Of a stretch of DNA of 64,000 nt, positions 62,456 to 64,000 are shown piece by piece (position 1 is the stretch's first letter; every line of letters starts with the position of its first letter). The notes under the pieces are model-generated. The model did no database searches and was not told the DNA's origin. It saw nothing but the letters and a program-made list of their open reading frames with translations. The position numbers and the translations under genes are program-made. Source of the DNA: Vicugna vicugna (taxonomy: Eukaryota); NCBI GenBank assembly GCA_013265495.1, contig MU058636.1:3149967-3213966 (forward strand). Direction: 5' to 3'.

Positions 62456-62669
62456 CGGCTGCTTCAGCTGTGAAACCGTGAGCCAGTGGGAACAAATGTG
62501 TGCTCTGCCAAGCAGAAACAATGTCCTAATCTGGAGGGTTCTCAGGCCTTAAAGCAGCTCCTGAGGGAAGACACCAGACCATCCTTAAGACATCATTTAG
62601 CTCCCTGGGAGAAGGCCTTAGACAGCATGAGCCCTGGTGGCTGTGCCCCGCTCCCTGTAACAAAGGTCT

Positions 62670-63700
62670 AATTGGGCACCTGCCCTGTGCCAGAACAGCA
62701 GTGCACTGGACCGAGCTGACTCTGAGGAACTCCTGTTCTAGAAGAGTGCAGCGGATAATCAGGTCACGATGAATGAGCAAGATAAATCCGAGAAGTGAGA
62801 AATGCTGTGAAAACAGGGTGACGTGACAGAGAACCGGGGGCAGGTGGGGCAACCTGGTTGGGAGTGGGGACACACAGCCTTTCTGGGGAAGTGATTTGGA
62901 GCCAAATCTGAATTTATTGTTCAAAACATCACTCAGGAGGGGTCAGCTGTTTACCATCTGGGGTAGGTCCTTTCTGGTCAGGGGACCATCAGAGACCACA
63001 ACCTCCCATAATCCTGGATGGAAACAGGCTTGAAAAAGGGAGGCAAAGGGATCTGATTCGTGTTTTTAGAAAGCCACCCTGGCTGCTGTTCGGAGAACTG
63101 GTCACAGAGAGGCAGGAGAGGAAACTGTGGTCCAGTGGACATCAGTGAGCCAGGCCAGAGAGGACAGGACCTGCCATCGGAGGGCAGTGTACGGGGGAAA
63201 CGCAGTCCACCGCACAAGCACCCACTCTCAGGGCTCCCACAGCAGCCCCAGGAGAGAATCAAGGACCACTTCCAGTCCCACCACCCAGCAGAGAGATTGA
63301 CGAGACTAGGGAGTGAAGGTGGTCCGAGCCCATTCTCCAGCCCAGCCTCAGGGTCCAGATGGTGGTCTGGCCCTCTGCCTGATGCCCGTGCCTGGAGGGA
63401 TGGAGGGACAGTCACTGGTGGACCCTGAAACCTGCCCAGAATCGGCACATTTCGGAATGACCTGGGAGGGAGAGCCAGCCAGGACCTGCTGATTGCTTCT
63501 GGTTGTGGGGGATGAAGGATATGGAAGTTAAGGGAGCCTGTGAGGTTTTTGGCCCAGACAAGGCCCTAGATGACCATTTCCTGAGAAATGAAGCACATTT
63601 AGGGGAAAACTCAAGGGTTCTGTTTATTGCAGTTTGTGACAACCTGTGACCTCCAAGTGATGTCAAGGAGGCAGCAGGAGGAAATACTCAGGGAGAGTCT
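62670..63700 (-). mobile_element. Decayed L2 fragments
   Basis: gggatctgattcgtgtttttagaaagccaccctggctgctgt and ggggatgaaggatatggaagttaagggagcctgtgaggtttttggcc. Confidence 0.6.
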
Positions 63701-64000
63701 GCTAAGGACTCGGCGCTGCCCCCACCCAGTGCCCGGAGATGGGGAGCAACCATCCTTCACTGCCCTCCCACTCACCACGGCTGCCCCTCCCACCCCCAGC
63801 CCCCTCTCCCCTGTGACAGCAGTTAGACACACAGGGCTCGGCCAGTTCCAAACTGCTTTCTCCCTTGAAGCTTAATTAAAAGGTAATTAATTTTTTAAAA
63901 AGCCATGAGCTCAGTTATGGAAGAACCGAGCTGATTAGGGAGATGCTGAGCCCGGCAAAGCAGGGCGTACTGTAAGCGGTCCTCTTCCTGCTGCTGTCTG

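Noticed and set aside
1..64000. The many 60-230 aa ORFs in the six-frame track as genes
   Set aside because: None resembles a protein family I recognise. Many start at non-ATG codons, overlap on both strands or fall inside decayed repeats, as expected for GC-rich mammalian non-coding DNA.
1..64000. Naming the host locus or neighbouring gene
   Set aside because: No exon or landmark that I can recognise; any gene symbol would be a guess.

Overview
Mammalian, repeat-rich genomic DNA with no recognisable protein-coding gene. It is most likely from a camelid, inferred from a tRNA-Ala-derived camelid-type SINE at 26.9-27.0 kb and cetartiodactyl-type L1 3' tails, with no Alu, BovB or PRE-1 seen. 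Most of the window is decayed MIR, L2, L1, L3/CR1, MaLR (MLT1), ERV LTR (MER21, MER34-like and a solo LTR with a TSD) and hAT (MER5, MER63, Tip100-like) copies. Unique sequence includes a CpG island with promoter-type motifs (~45.5-45.95 kb), two strong CTCF-like motifs in divergent orientation (45.8 kb minus, 61.1 kb plus) and several motif-dense enhancer-like blocks. There are two N gaps; the first is flanked by an identical 1143-bp direct duplication that is probably an assembly artefact. I found no convincing novel multi-gene system. The best leads are a speculative two-exon minus-strand ORF with a signal-peptide-like N-terminus, the CpG island/CTCF architecture and some unusual retrotransposon structures. 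Repeat families were assigned by eye from remembered consensus sequences, and boundaries are approximate unless a TSD is given.
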